NCBI GenBank assembly: GCA_964016885.1
Contig: CAXHJY010000301.1
Span: 62,001 to 126,000 of the forward strand
Length of the DNA stretch: 64,000 nt
From: Eledone cirrhosa
Lineage: Eukaryota
Reading direction: 5' to 3'
The notes under the pieces are model-generated. The model had not been told where the DNA came from, did no database searches, and saw only the letters and a program-made list of their open reading frames with translations. Shown one piece after another: positions 27,111 through 40,169 of this stretch (its first letter is position 1; the number at the start of each line of letters is the position of its first letter). The position numbers and the translations under genes are program-made.

Positions 27111-30100
27111 AGAATAATTAAAATAAGACTTGTTCTAAATAGAACTACTGTGACGATAATATCTGCGTACGCGCCCCAATCCGGACTGCCTGGCGCTATA
27201 AAAGACACTTTCTATGAGACACTGATGCTCACTACCTCCCAAATAACCGACAGTGACTATATAATTATTGCTGGCGACCTAAATGGTCACGTTGGACAAC
27301 ATTGTGGCGGCTATGATGAAATCCATGGAGGCTATGGGTTTGGTACTAGAAATAAGGAAGGCTCCAGAAGCCTGGAATTCTGTGACGCAAATAACCTAAC
27401 AATCTGTAACACTAACTTCAAAAACCGAGACAATCACTTGCTCACCTACAGATCAGGGGAACATACCAGCCAGGTAGATTATATCCTTACCAGAAGACGT
27501 GACAGAGTGTCTGTTGTAAACACTAAATCCTTCCCCCATGAAGAATGCACCTCCCAACATAGACTGATAATTAGCGACCTCATAGTCAGGACGAGACGTA
27601 CTCGACAGCAGAAGAGGACTATCCTCAGGAGAAAAATATGGAAGCTAAAGGACCCCACAGCCAGAAATAAATTTCAAAGCATATTACTTGATGCTTTCGA
27701 CAGTAAGGAAGAGCATTTAGAGTCGGACAATATAGAGGGACAGTGGGAATTCCTGAAAGCAAACCTGCTGATGGCGGCAGACGAAGTCTGTGGCCGGAGC
27801 AGGCCTATAGGCAGGAGGAGAGTAATGTGGTGGTGGAACAGTAAGGTGGAGGAGTCGATTAAGGCCAAAAAGCAGGCTTGGAAAGTATGGCGGGATGGGG
27901 GAAGTAGAGAAGACTATCAAGTGGCCAGGAGGGAAGCTAGGAGACAAGTGTACTTTGCAAGAAGGGAAGCAGAGGAAAGAAAGTTCAAGCATGTTCTACA
28001 ACGCGAGGACCAAAAACGTGAGGTGTTCAGGATTGCTAGGCAACGTGTCAAGGAAAACCGTGATATTGTTGGGGAGAAGTGTGTACTAAATGATGATGGC
28101 GTACTCGCCATGACTGACGCTGATAAGAAGGTCGCTTGGAAGTGTCACTACGAGAGGCTACTAAATGAGGAGAATAAATGGGAGAAGGATTGTCTCCCCC
28201 AGATCGATCCAATAGAGGGACCAGCAGTGTTAGTTGAAGGTAGTATAATAAGTAAGGCAATCAAAGATATGAAGACGGGTAAGGCGGCTGGGCCTTCGGA
28301 AATAGTTGTTGAGATGCTGAAGGCCTCTGGAACGGTGGGACACACCATGGTCACCCGGATAGTAAACCAAGTCATACAGAATGGGGTTGTTCCGAAGGAC
28401 TGGCGTAGCAGAATCATCATTAACTGTTACAAGGGTAAAGGAGACGCCCTAGATAGGAGTAACTATAGAGGCATTAAATTAATCGACCAGGTCATGAAGG
28501 TCACGGAAAAAGTAATAGTGCAACTAATCAGAGAGAGAATCGATCTAGATGAAATGCAGTTCGGGTTTGTGTCAGGCAAAAGTACCACAGACGCTCTTTT
28601 CATTGTACGACAACTACAGGAGAAGTACCTAGCTAAAAGTAAACCCCTATACTTAGCTTTTGTCGACTTGGAGAAAGCCTTCGACAGAGTCCCCCTTTCC
28701 TTTATCTGGTGGGCTCTTAGAAAAGTAGGTGTTGACGAATGGCTTGTGAGAGCTATACAAGCCATGTATAAAGAAACAGTCAGCAAGGTTAGAATTAACA
28801 ACGAATATAGTGAAGAGTTTAGCGTAAAAGTTGGTGTCCATCAGGGCTCTGTTCTTAGCCCCCTACTATTTATTATTGCTCTTCAGGCTATAACAGAGGA
28901 GTTCAAGACCGGCTGCCCATGGGAACTCCTATACGCAGATGACCTAACGCTCATAGCTGAATCAATGACCGAGCTAGAGAAGAAATTCCAAACATGGAAG
29001 CACGGCCTAGAATCAAAAGGCCTTAAAATTAACCTGGCTAAGACTAAAGTTCTAGTTTGTAGGAAAGAAAATAAGGCGCCGGTCCCTTCCGGGAAATGGC
29101 CATGCCCAGTGTGTAGGAAAGGCGTAGGTAGAAACTCTATTTTATGTCCCAAATGCAAAGTATGGGTGCATAAAAGATGTAGTGGGATCACAGGTAAGCT
29201 AACTAAGAACACAGATCTTACATGTGGCCGGTGCTCTGGTGCAATAAGTAGCAGCAAGTGCCCACAAAATACTAGCTCTTTCAACTGTGCAGAGGGTTCT
29301 ATAGAAATAGTGGACAGCTTCCGTTATCTGGGTGACAAAATCAGCAGTGGGGGAGGGTGCTCTGAAAGTACAGTAGCTAGAGTCAGAACTGGATGGAAAA
29401 AGTTCAGAGAGCTTATACCACTATTAGCCGCTAAAGAGTTCTCCCTAAAAATGAAAGGCAGGTTGTATGATGCCTGCATACGAACAGCAATGTTGCATGG
29501 CAGTGAGACCTGGGCATTGTGTGCAGAGGATATACGCAGACTAGAGAGGAACGAAGCTTGCATGCTCCGCTGGATGTGTAACAGTAATATACGTGAACGG
29601 CAAAGCATAAACGAACTAAGGAAAAAATTAGAGATAAGAGGGATCAGATGTTGTTTACTCGAGAGAAGGCTACGTTGGTATGGACACGTGATGCGCATGA
29701 AAGTCGATAGCTGTATAACAAAGTGCAGGGCAATAAAGATAGACGGTAGCCACGGAATAGGCAGACCTAGAAAAACCTGGGACGAGCTGATAAACTCCGA
29801 CCTCACACACTTACACCTCTCCAAGACAATGTCACTGGACCGAGACCTTTGGCGGTACTCAGTAACAGAGAAGACCCGTCTTGCCAGTAGGCATCTCTAA
29901 CAAAATACACCCCGTCCCGCCACCACCCCCACCCCATCCACACCACCCCGTTCTATGTAAAGTTGTGTTGGTGCCGCGCCATCCAGGCCGAAACAAATGA
30001 GATCGTGTAGGTGTCACGACAAAAAAACACACAGTCCACGCTGTAATGTGGCCGTGTAGGCAACACGGTAAAAACCTCCCAGACCCACACTATAAATGTG

Positions 30101-30256
30101 GTTGGTGTTAGGAAGGGCATCCAACTGTAGAAAACCTGCCAGACAGTCCTATGCGAGCAAGACAATCACTCTTGCCTCAAGTGGGACTACCCCCGTCCAA
30201 ACCCATGCAAGCGTGGAACACGGACGTTAAACGTTGATGATGATGATGATGATGAT
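27111..30256 (+). mobile_element. RTE-clade LINE, 5'-truncated, ORF open to 29900
   Basis: Same family as 23109-26372. APE and RT motifs, (GAT)n tail. Confidence 0.96.
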
Positions 30257-30277
30257 ATATATATATACATATATGTA

Positions 30278-30357
<80 letters not shown>

Positions 30358-30462
30358 CATATACATATATATGTATATATAAATATATATATATATACAT
30401 ATATACATATATGTATATATACATATATGTATATATACATATCATCATCATCATCATCATCA

Positions 30463-30786
30463 TTTTATGTCCGCTTTTCCCTGCTTGCAAGGGTAGGACG
30501 GGAACTGATTCTGGCTTGATTTCTACAGCTGGATGCCCTTCCTAACACCAACCTCATTTACAGTGAGTGCTGGGTGCTTTTTTTCCATGGCGCCTCCACG
30601 ACCACTTTGCAGTGGAATGATATGGACCCCAGTCCCTATCATCTCATTTCTACAGCTGAGTAAACTGGAGCAATGTGAAATAAAGTGTCTTGCTCAAGGA
30701 AACAACACATCACCCGGTCTGAGAATTGAACTCACAACCTTTCGATTGTAAGGCCAATGCTCTAACCACTAAGCCATGTGCCTCCA
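30463..30786 (-). mobile_element. tRNA-derived SINE with RTE-derived 3' tail
   Basis: A/B boxes, central TTCCTTGAGCAAGACAC, and tail GGTGTTAGGAAGGGCATCCAGC...(GAT)n shared with the RTE 3' UTRs. Confidence 0.85.
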
Positions 30787-30967
30787 TATATATACATATA
30801 CGTATATATACATATATGTATATATACATATATGTATATATACATATACGTATATATACATATACGTATATATATATATGGCGAGGTTATATTTAATTTT
30901 ATGGGATTCAACAAGCTTAAAATTTTTTTTATAACTGATATAAAGCACTCAACAAGTTAGATGAGTA

Positions 30968-31185
30968 AATATACAATATATTAATAAATGGAAACTATAT
31001 TTATAAAACTATAATAATTTTATTATATATATTTCAAGGCCGACCAAGGTATTTATTTATAAAACAAATCTGTATTTTATCTGATGAAAGCGCACCATAA
31101 TTTACCTTGGTCGCCCTTGAAAAATATATAATAAAATAATTATGGTCTTATAAATATAGTTTCCATTTATTAATATATTGTATAT
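30968..31185. repeat. Foldback element (arms ~30968-31050 and ~31103-31185) with an HHR at 31073-31138 (+)
   Basis: Arms are reverse complements. TATTTTAT-CTGATGA-AAG...CTT-GAAA-AATATA-TA-ATAAAATA; the opposite arm reads GAAA-TATATA-TA. Confidence 0.75.
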
Positions 31186-31195
31186 ATATATATAT

Positions 31196-31196
<1 letters not shown>

Positions 31197-31239
<43 letters not shown>

Positions 31240-31502
31240 TTTACGTCCGCTTTTCCCTGCTTGCAAGGGTGGGACGGGTCTTATTCAGCACAGCATCTCT
31301 CCACTCGTCACGGTCCCTCGTCATCTCCACCGTGAGCTTCAATGATCTGAGGTCTGTTCTCACCACCTCCGCCCATGTTTTTCGTGGTCTACCTCTACCA
31401 CGTCTTCCTTCAACTGGCATTTCCTGGCACTTCTTCACCCATCGGTCATCCTCCATGCGCATCACATGTCCATACCACCTCAGTCTCCTCTCCTGTACAC
31501 TA
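31197..31502 (-). mobile_element. RTE LINE 3' fragment (third family)
   Basis: Encodes [24 protein letters not shown]...RGRPRKTW and matches 39805-40083. Confidence 0.9.
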
Positions 31503-32370
31503 CATATATATATATACAATATATTACTAAATGGAACATATATATACATATAATACAAGTGGAAGCTTAGTAAAATCGAAGCTTTGGCAAGCAAAGTCGA
31601 CCTACAATAGGAATGAGTTAGCAAAGCACTCAATGATATACGTTTAAATAGCTTGACAAATTGAACATTGCGGTAGGCAAAACCCAACCACACTATACCA
31701 AAGTAACGAAAGAACTAACAGGTTAAAAAGATATATATATATTCAAAATTAATTGTAGGAAAATCAACCAACATTCATATTAAAGCTGTTTATTCATTTA
31801 CCTTGTCTGTTAATAAAGAGAGCTAACTCACAAATCTCTGCGCCATCTTTTGAATATACATGCTCTGCTTATTTCTCATATGCATCCCAAACTCTTTCTA
31901 AGCTCTAACCTATCTTCTCTCTCAACACTTGTTTTACATGAAATAAATATTGAGCTACTTTCAGTGGCTGGCAATTACATCTTATATATCTGTCTATCCT
32001 CTCCTTTTATACTTGATTATATTCTTCCACTTTTGATATATATATATGTGTGTGTGTGTATGTAAAAGGTAAAAAAAATAACAACACAAACGTTACAGTA
32101 TATGGAAGGAATATATGAGTTTAATGCTTGAAATAGCAGGAAGAGTCTTAATGTTTCAGAGGCTAGTCCTTCATACATATATATATATGAGTGCCCAACC
32201 TACACTGTAAAGTGGTTGTGTAGGTGTGTTACAACAAAAAATGACCAGCCCACACTGTAAAGTGGTGAATGTAAGTCTTGGACAGACACAATGATCAGAG
32301 AAAGTAAAAGAGAAAAAGAGAAATAGTATATCTATTTCTCCCCCCCCCCCCCTCCCTCTCTATATATATA

Positions 32371-33126
32371 TCTATATATATAAAACTGAGGTTGTCTGTC
32401 TGTCTGTCTACTAAAACAGTCGGCACACATCTTCTCCTAAAGCGTACCTTCAAATTTCGGTGAAATTGTTACACTTATAGATGAAGATCCGACGGAGACA
32501 TCGGTAAAAAAAATTTTCAAATTGACCCCCGCCAAGTTCAAAAATCGAATTTGTAATGTATTGATTTTTCAGTTCAAATGTATAAATAGAGATGAGAGAC
32601 GAGTTATTTCCCTTTTATGGCGTCATTTGTTTATCTACTTACGTTACGAATAAACTTGCAAAGGTACAAAAATACGCGAACAGTTTTCAGGCAAGCAAAA
32701 TTTTAACCTGCAAAATTCATGAGTTCGAAGTTTCAACATTAAGCTTCCATTTTGCTTCATTTCCATTAAAAAGTCTTTTAAAACAATATTTCAGCGCATC
32801 AGCCACGCCATCACCCGAGGCAACGCTGCGAGTGTGCTGGCTTGCTTAAAAAATCATTAGAGAGGTTGCCCAGTACTCGCGACGCTGCTGTTTTTTGCTC
32901 TGGTGTTGGCACCGTTGTTCATCCCTTCTTTTACATTTTTTTAAATATTGTATCATCCTTTGTAGTGTTACCGAGGCATTTGTAATGTTATTTATGTATA
33001 TATTTAAAACATATTTGTTATGTTATTCTATTGTAAATTTATTTATATATTCTGTTTATATTTTCATTCTCACTACCCTAAAAAATCTATGAAACTACAT
33101 ACATGTTGCAACTCTCTCTCTCTCTC

Positions 33127-33173
<47 letters not shown>

Positions 33174-34490
33174 CACACACACATATCTAAAGAGAGAAAG
33201 GGAGATGTAGAGAGAGAGTGAGATAGGTCGTTATATAGAGAGAGGTACAAGATAATCAGATAGAGAGACAGAGAGAGAGAGAGAGAGAATGGCGACGAAC
33301 GCTGGTTCACACACAAACACACATATATATATAAAGACAGAGAGAGAGAGAGAGATCTGCGCATTCTTTATTGTTCTCCATTCTGTAGAGGAAGTGAGAG
33401 AGAGAGGGGGTATGAATGAGAGAGAGAGAGGGTATGAGAAAAAAGGGAGAGGGGTTGAGAAAGAAAGAAAGTTTAAGCAAAGAATCGCTGCTTTCAACAT
33501 TAACGGGATCTTCTTAAACTAATAAATTCAATCTGTGAACGCAGAAGTAAATATTTCGAGAAACATTGCAACCGAAAGAAAACAGGAAGACGATATTTTG
33601 GTTCGTGAAGACGTTCCCTGGCAATGAATGGAAAAAAAAGCGAGGATAATACGTCGTTATGTGGACCACGAAGAACAATTTCATGCAAAGACAAGACCAA
33701 GTTTATGGTGTAAATGGAGTCGTTAGACTAATATTCTATTTAAAATAACAGAATGATTTCCAGCCCCGGAGTTTAAGAATGATGTAAATAAAATTGTAAA
33801 CGAAAATGACAGAGGTTATTAAAATAGTTGTTTCTACTTTTGGCACAAGGCCAGCAATTATCCAGTACATTACTGGTACTTTATTTTATCGATCCCGTAA
33901 TGATGAAAGGCAAAGTTAACCTCGACGGGATTTTAACTTTGCCTTAAAATAGTAAAAGTAAATAGTGAAGATTTAGGCCAGTACATACCCATGCCCCGAC
34001 GGACATACACATACATAAACATACGCACCCACACACACACACACGTGCATGTGTGTAAACCTTATGCATTTCTATAGTATTTTCACCAAACTTAAGACAT
34101 AGGTTACTTACGTACTCCGGATGGTCATGGACACTTTCATTTTTCCAGATATTGATCATAGGGCTTCCCGGCAGATAACCCCCTTTAACCACTTCCTTGG
34201 AGTCGACTGAAGCACTGCAGTGCAATGCAACAAAACGTCATAACTTCTTGAGTTCGCAACCGATTTTCACAAAACTTGACACAACATGGGCTACGTTTGT
34301 TCTACAAATGAATGTGAACTCTCAGAATTGGCACATTTTGAGTAGGGGACCCCTGGGGGCAGGAACCCCCTTTTGGAAAAAGCCGATGATTTTGTAAAAG
34401 TATAGTTTTCGAAGCAGCACTGAAGTATTGACATAAATGGTATACATAACTGCTATTTAACACCCGAGCAACGCCGGGTACCCCTGCTAG
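32371..34490 (+). mobile_element. Non-autonomous Helitron
   Basis: 5' A|TCTATATATATAAAA...GTCTGTCTGTCTG. 3' hairpin ACCCG-AGCAACGC-CGGGT followed by CTAG|T. Inserted between A and T with no TSD. Confidence 0.75.
33826..33940 (-). mobile_element. SINE fragment (second family) nested in the Helitron
   Basis: Matches 48485-48660 and 61048-61195. Confidence 0.8.
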
Positions 34491-35034
34491 TATATATATA
34501 AAATATAGAAATGGCTACTACTGGACTGTTTCATTCGGAAGAAATTATCATATATATATATATATATATATCAGATAAGGTTGTGGTAAAAACCAGTTAG
34601 ACCATAACCCACCAGAGCACTTGGTACTTGGGGTAGTAGAGTGGGTAATATGAAAACATTCTGAATCTTTTCATTTATATATATATCATCATCATCACCA
34701 TTTAACGCCTATTTTCCATGCTAGCATGGGTTAGATGAGTTATTCTGTTTGAAGCAAGTCGGGTCAGGTGACCGTGTCTTGTTCATAAGAACTGTTTCTG
34801 GTTAGGTTTCTATGGTTGGATGCCCTTCCTAACACCAACCACATTTACAGTGTGTGCTGGCTGCTTTTTGTTGTGACACCTACATGACCACTTTAAAGTG
34901 TGGACTAGGAACTTTTTGTTGTGAACCCTACATAACCACTTTACAGTATAAGGATAGTGTGATCAAATGTGGGTGGATGTTGGGGCATGGGAGGTGTATG
35001 GAAGAGAAGGGTAGTAGTTAAGAAGTACCTACTA

Positions 35035-36088
35035 GATGTATGCCCAAATCAGATGACCTCTATCAATATTAGACATTGGGCTAGTAATAGCGGACTTGAG
35101 AGATTCTATTGTGTTGTGAGGGGGATAATTGACCTCCCTTTCAACTATGCCCCATATGTAATAGTCCAGAGGATTGGTAAGTTAAGAAGCCATATGTCTG
35201 GAAGAATATGGTCATGGAGTTCCATGCTTCTGTCGTTCTGGCCTTATGAGAGAGCGCACAATCTTGTTTTAGGATGAACAGTCTTCCATTGCTTACCTTG
35301 TCTATCCAGGGCTCCACAATTGTCTCTAACACAAAGAGTTGTAGACAGCAGCATTGACTCTTAAGCCCTGAGAAAAAAAATGAGGAGACATGGCAACTCC
35401 CTCATTGCTGACAACACCCAGAATCATCACAGCTGCTTGAAATTTGGTGCATGATTGTTGGAACTTCAATTGGGTCTTTGCATAGCCATCTACCATTCCT
35501 TCAGTTTATTTTTTTATCCCAATCAAAGTTTTTCTTATCAGAAATGAACCAATGCATTCAAAGTTTTTGATGTTTTATCTCATTCAGCAAGCACTTTGCA
35601 TGGACCAAACGATTTTTGTCATATCCAACATAAACTGGCCTCTCCGCATCACATGCGACTTGTATCTGATATCTTATTAGACAACTCTTCTGATGGAACA
35701 TTCTGAAACCTTAAAGTCCTTGGCGATGGCTCTGATTGACTTTCCTGGGGTTTTATTGATTCTTGAACTTCTTTTACAAATTTAGGCGTTCCGATTGTAT
35801 TAGGAACATGTGCATGCGTTTTGTGCTTGACTACTGATGTTGGATACTTGTCAGCAGCTTCCAGATCCTTTCTGACTTTCACAACAAATATCAGACAACT
35901 TTCAAGAAGGAAGCTATCACTGTATCACTATGCTGTGCTTTTAAGGCAACGATTACAGCTAGCCTTTTCATTTGCTTGTTCAATATAATGTATGGCATTA
36001 TTTATCTGAAAATTAAAAAAAATAATTAGTAAATAAGAAATTTAAAGCTCAAGAAAGAGGTGTCCTAAAAAAAACTGATGCACCCTAG
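35035..36088 (-). mobile_element. Decayed Tc1/mariner-superfamily transposon
   Basis: Minus-strand fragments: KVRKDLE, ISDKKNF-like first-Asp region, VMILGVVSNEG, LETIVEPWI...KQDCALSHKA, and a PLDYYIWG-like motif. AGGGTG-like terminus near 36086. Confidence 0.75.
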
Positions 36089-36507
36089 CGAGACATGATC
36101 TCCCGACCAGTCCTGCATCAAATGGAACAAAACCGTCTAACCCATGCTAGCATGGAAGATGGATGTTAAACAATGATGATTATGGTGTGTGTGTGTATTA
36201 TATATATATATGTATGTAACTGTATATATATGTCCACACTATAAAGTGGTTATTTTGGTGCCAAGACAAAAAGCTCCCAGTCCACACTGTAAGGTGGTTA
36301 TGTTGGTGTCACAATAAAAAGCACCCAGCCCACACAGTAAATGTGGTTGGCATTAGGAAGGGTATCCAGTTGTAGAAATCAATCCAGAAACAGTTCTGTA
36401 TGAGCAAGACATGGTTACCTAATCTGACTTGTCCCAAATGAGACAACTCGTCTAACCCATGTTAGTGTGGAAAAGTGGATGGTGATGATGATGGTGATAT
36501 ATGTATA

Positions 36508-36755
36508 CAATTGTCCCCTGGTATTCACGGGGGTAAAATATAATAAGAAAAAAAGGGAGTGTTTTATGCGAAAGGGCGTCCAAATACGGTGTATTGTTAT
36601 TAATAATTTAGTGTTAAAAAATATATATATTGCACAAAAAAAAAACATTAAAAACTCGTGGAAGATATTTACAATTCCGCAAATATGCGGTGGTTTCGAC
36701 GAACAATTATTTATTAATTTCTAAGGAAAATTCCACGAATGCCGGGGGTAGTGTG
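36508..36755. mobile_element. Possible pogo/Tigger-like MITE
   Basis: Imperfect TIRs CCCCTGGTATTCACGG / CCACGAATGCCGGGGG in a TA context. Confidence 0.4.
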
Positions 36756-36834
36756 TGTGAGTTTATATATGTATATATATGTTTATGTATGTATATATGT
36801 ATGTTTTCCAAGAGATGGCAACCTGAATAGACCT

Positions 36835-37000
36835 ACTCTTTCTATCTTTCTATCTTTCTATTTTTTCTTTAATTCCTCATTCTATTTTCTGATGAAGGAC
36901 TAGCATCCGAGACTCTTATCGTACTATATCAAGCATAAGACTAATATATTTCTTCATTGTATTATGTCGTTTGCTTTGTTATTTCTGTTTACCTTTTGCA
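36835..37000 (+). mobile_element. Solo pseudo-LTR of the second Penelope-like family, HHR disrupted
   Basis: Matches 58400-58570, 45905-46100 and 60160-60375. CTGATGAAGGACTAGCATCCGA is followed by a deletion of the GAAACGTT part. Confidence 0.7.
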
Positions 37001-37048
37001 TACATTTATGGATATGTATATATATGAACATGTCTTTATTTTCTACAG

Positions 37049-37237
37049 AACACTGCAAAGAGCCGCTTGACAAATACGTCAACGAAAAATTCACCAATGT
37101 TAAAGTTATCCATGCTAAACAACGTGAAGGCCTTATTCGAACCCGACTCCTTGGAGCCAAAGCTGCCACTGGACAAGTCCTTATATTCCTAGATTCACAT
37201 GTGGAGGCCAATGTGAATTGGCTGGCCCCACTTTTGG
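37049..37237 (+). CDS. GALNT10: Internal exon of a polypeptide N-acetylgalactosaminyltransferase (GALNT10-like)
   Basis: TTTATTTTCTACAG acceptor and G|GTAAGT donor. 189 nt encoding [62 protein letters not shown], with REGLIR and the metal-binding DSH motif. The subfamily call comes from recalled similarity to GALNT10 (EANVNWLPPLL). Confidence 0.9.
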
Positions 37238-37545
37238 GTAAGTCAAGGGTTTTAATCATTGACGGTTTTTGTGTGGATTTTTGTTGAAGGAGTTTTATAT
37301 ATTATGGATAAGAGAACGAAGTTTTACTTGAAAATATTGTTTTTATTCAAATCTACACGTTTGGTGTGCATATCGACACTGGTAGTAGATCTGAAGGTAT
37401 CGATTCATTTACGGCCAAGATCCAATCATCTGTGCAACGTGTCATATTCAATAATGATTAAATTGAAACTTCGTTTTCTCCTATTTAATGTCTGCTGACT
37501 ACAAACAAAACATACACTGATGTCATGTGAAGAAAACTCTTTCAA

Positions 37546-40083
37546 TCGAGGGGTACATGGTGGGCACGGTTACGGCTTAAGAAATGGAGAAGGAGTGAGA
37601 CTTCTTGAATTTTGTGATGCAAGTACACTGACTATTTGCAACACTAACTTCCAGAAACCTGCCAACCACCTATTTGTAGGTACAAATCTGGCAAGCACAT
37701 AAGCCAGATCGACTTCTTACTAGTTAGGCAGTGGGATAGGCAGATAGTGTCTAATACCAAGGCATACCCTGAGGAAGAATGTACCCCACAGCATAGGTTA
37801 GTCGTTAGTGATATCTTAGTAAGCAAGGGATGGAATGAGACATACAGGAAGGTGTGGAGAAGAAAGATCTGGAAGCTAAAAGACCTTTCACTAAAATACA
37901 AATTTAGGAAAGCCCTTCAAGACATGTATGACGAAAAAGAAGACAATTTAGAGACGTATGACAGATAATAACTGGAATTTCTTACGTGACAACTTACTGC
38001 AGGCTACTGATGAAACTTGTGGCTGGAGCAGAGCTCCAACCAGACAGAGAGTGATCTGGTGGTGGAACAGCACAGTAGATAAGGCCATTAGAGAGAAAAG
38101 ACTAGCATGGAAGGCTTGGAAAAAGGGTGGGAGTAGAGAAGGATATACAGCTGTTAAGAGAGAAGCTAGACGTCAGGTGTACTTAACATGCAGGGAGGCT
38201 GAGAGTAGGAGGTTTGCCAATGTTCTGCGATGGGAAGATCAGAGGCATCTGGTGTTCCACATTGCAGGGCAGTGTGTCAATGCAAATCAGGATGTTGTTG
38301 GAGATAAATGTGTCCGGAATGATGCCGGTGTACTTAGTGTCACAAATGATCACGAAAAGGAGGCCTGGAAATGTCATTATGAGAGACTGATGAATGTGGA
38401 GAACGAATGGGAGAGATAGAAATTACCCTTAGTAGATCCGACAGAGGGTCCAGCTATTGAGATTGACGAATATAGGGTCCAAGAGGCGATTAAGGAAATG
38501 AAAAATGGTAAGGCTGCTGGACCATCGGGGATAGTTGCTGAGATGCTGAAGGTATCAGGGGACGTAGGCACTAAACTGGTTGCATGCATCATCAATCAGG
38601 CTATATATGGTGGTGTCATACCCAAAGACTGGTGCAGCAGTATTCTCATAAGTTGCTACAAAGGTAAAGGGGATTCTCTGGAGAGGAACAATTATAGGGG
38701 TATAAAACTGATGGATTAGGTTATGAAAGTGGCAGAAAGGATATTAGCACAACTAATTAGAGAAAGGGTCAAACTAGAGGAGATGCAGTTTGGTTTTGTG
38801 CCTGGGAAGAGTACAACAGATGCCCTCTTCTTGGTGAGACAATTACAAGAGCCACTATAATTAGCCTTTGTTGACCTAGAGAAGGCCTTTGATAGGGTAC
38901 CCGAGGAATAGCTTGCAAACTTTGTACAGAGGTACTGTCAGTAAAGTGAGGGTAGGAATGGAGTTTAGTGAGGAATTCCAGATACAAGTAGGAGTACATC
39001 AAGGTTCGGTCCTCAGCCCGCTCTTGTTCATTATAGTCCTCCAAGCCATAACAGAGGAGTTTAAGACTGGCTGTCCATGGGAACTTCTCTATGCTGACGA
39101 TCTGGTTCTTATAGCAGAATCAGTAGAGGAGCTAGAGAATAAATTCTGGCTATGGAAACAGCAGTTGGAAGCAAGAGGACTGAGAGTGAACCTAGCTAAG
39201 ACAAAAGTGTTGAGTAGAAAAGAGGACAAAACTCTGATTCCATCAGGGAAATGGCCATGTTCGATATGCAGAAAAGGAACTGGCATAAATTCTATAAAAT
39301 GCACACGATGCAGATCCTTGATACTCAAGAGATGTAGTGGGATAGCAGGCAAACTAACAGGTAGGGAGAAATACGTATGCAGTAGATGTACAGGGAAATT
39401 AGACAGTAGAAGTCGCATTGATAGACACATTTTTCAAATGCAGGCGGGTGCTATAGAAGTGGTGGATAGCTTCCGGTACCTAGGAGATCAGATTAGCATG
39501 AGAGGGGGTGTGTGTTCCGAGGCCATAGTATCTAGAATAAGGACGGGCTGGAAGAAGTTTAGGGAGCTGCTTCCTCTGCTGATGAAGAAGGGTTTCTCCT
39601 TGCGTACGAAAGGCCGGTTATATGATGCCTCTGTGAGGAGCGCGATGCTGCATAGTAGTGAGACATGGGCAGCAACTGCAGAGGATATGCGACGGCTGGA
39701 GAGAAATGAGGCAAGCATGCTCCGTTGGATGTGAAATGTCAATATGCGTGAACAACCCAGCATGAATGTGTTGAGAGAGAAACTGTGTCTGAGAGGGATA
39801 GAATGTAGTGTGCGAGAGAGGAGACTGAGGTGGTATGGACATGTGATGCGCATGGAGGATGACTGATGGGTGAAGAAGTGTCAGGTAATGCCAGTTGAAG
39901 GAAGACGTGGTAGAGGTAGACCACGAAAAACATGGGCGGAGGTGGTGAGAACAGACCTCAGATCGCTGAAGCTCACGGTGGAGATGACGAAGGACCGTGA
40001 CAAGTGGAGAGATGCTGTGCTGAATAAGACACGTCCCACCCTTGCAAGCAGGGAAGAGCGGACGTAAAATGATGATGATGATG
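37546..40083 (+). mobile_element. RTE-clade LINE (third family), decayed
   Basis: Fragmented APE and RT ORFs (GVHGGHGYG, QGSVLSP, YADD). (GAT)n tail. Confidence 0.93.
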
Positions 40084-40169
40084 AAGTAATAGCATCTGGT
40101 GTTCTTATTGACGTCACCTACAGTAATCAATTAATAAATATTATTAAATAACTGACATGTATGTATATA

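Noticed and set aside
36964-37287. Whole 107-aa ORF as a single-exon gene
   Set aside because: Similarity to GALNT is confined to the part between the AG at 37047-37048 and the GT at 37238-37239. The flanks are intron.
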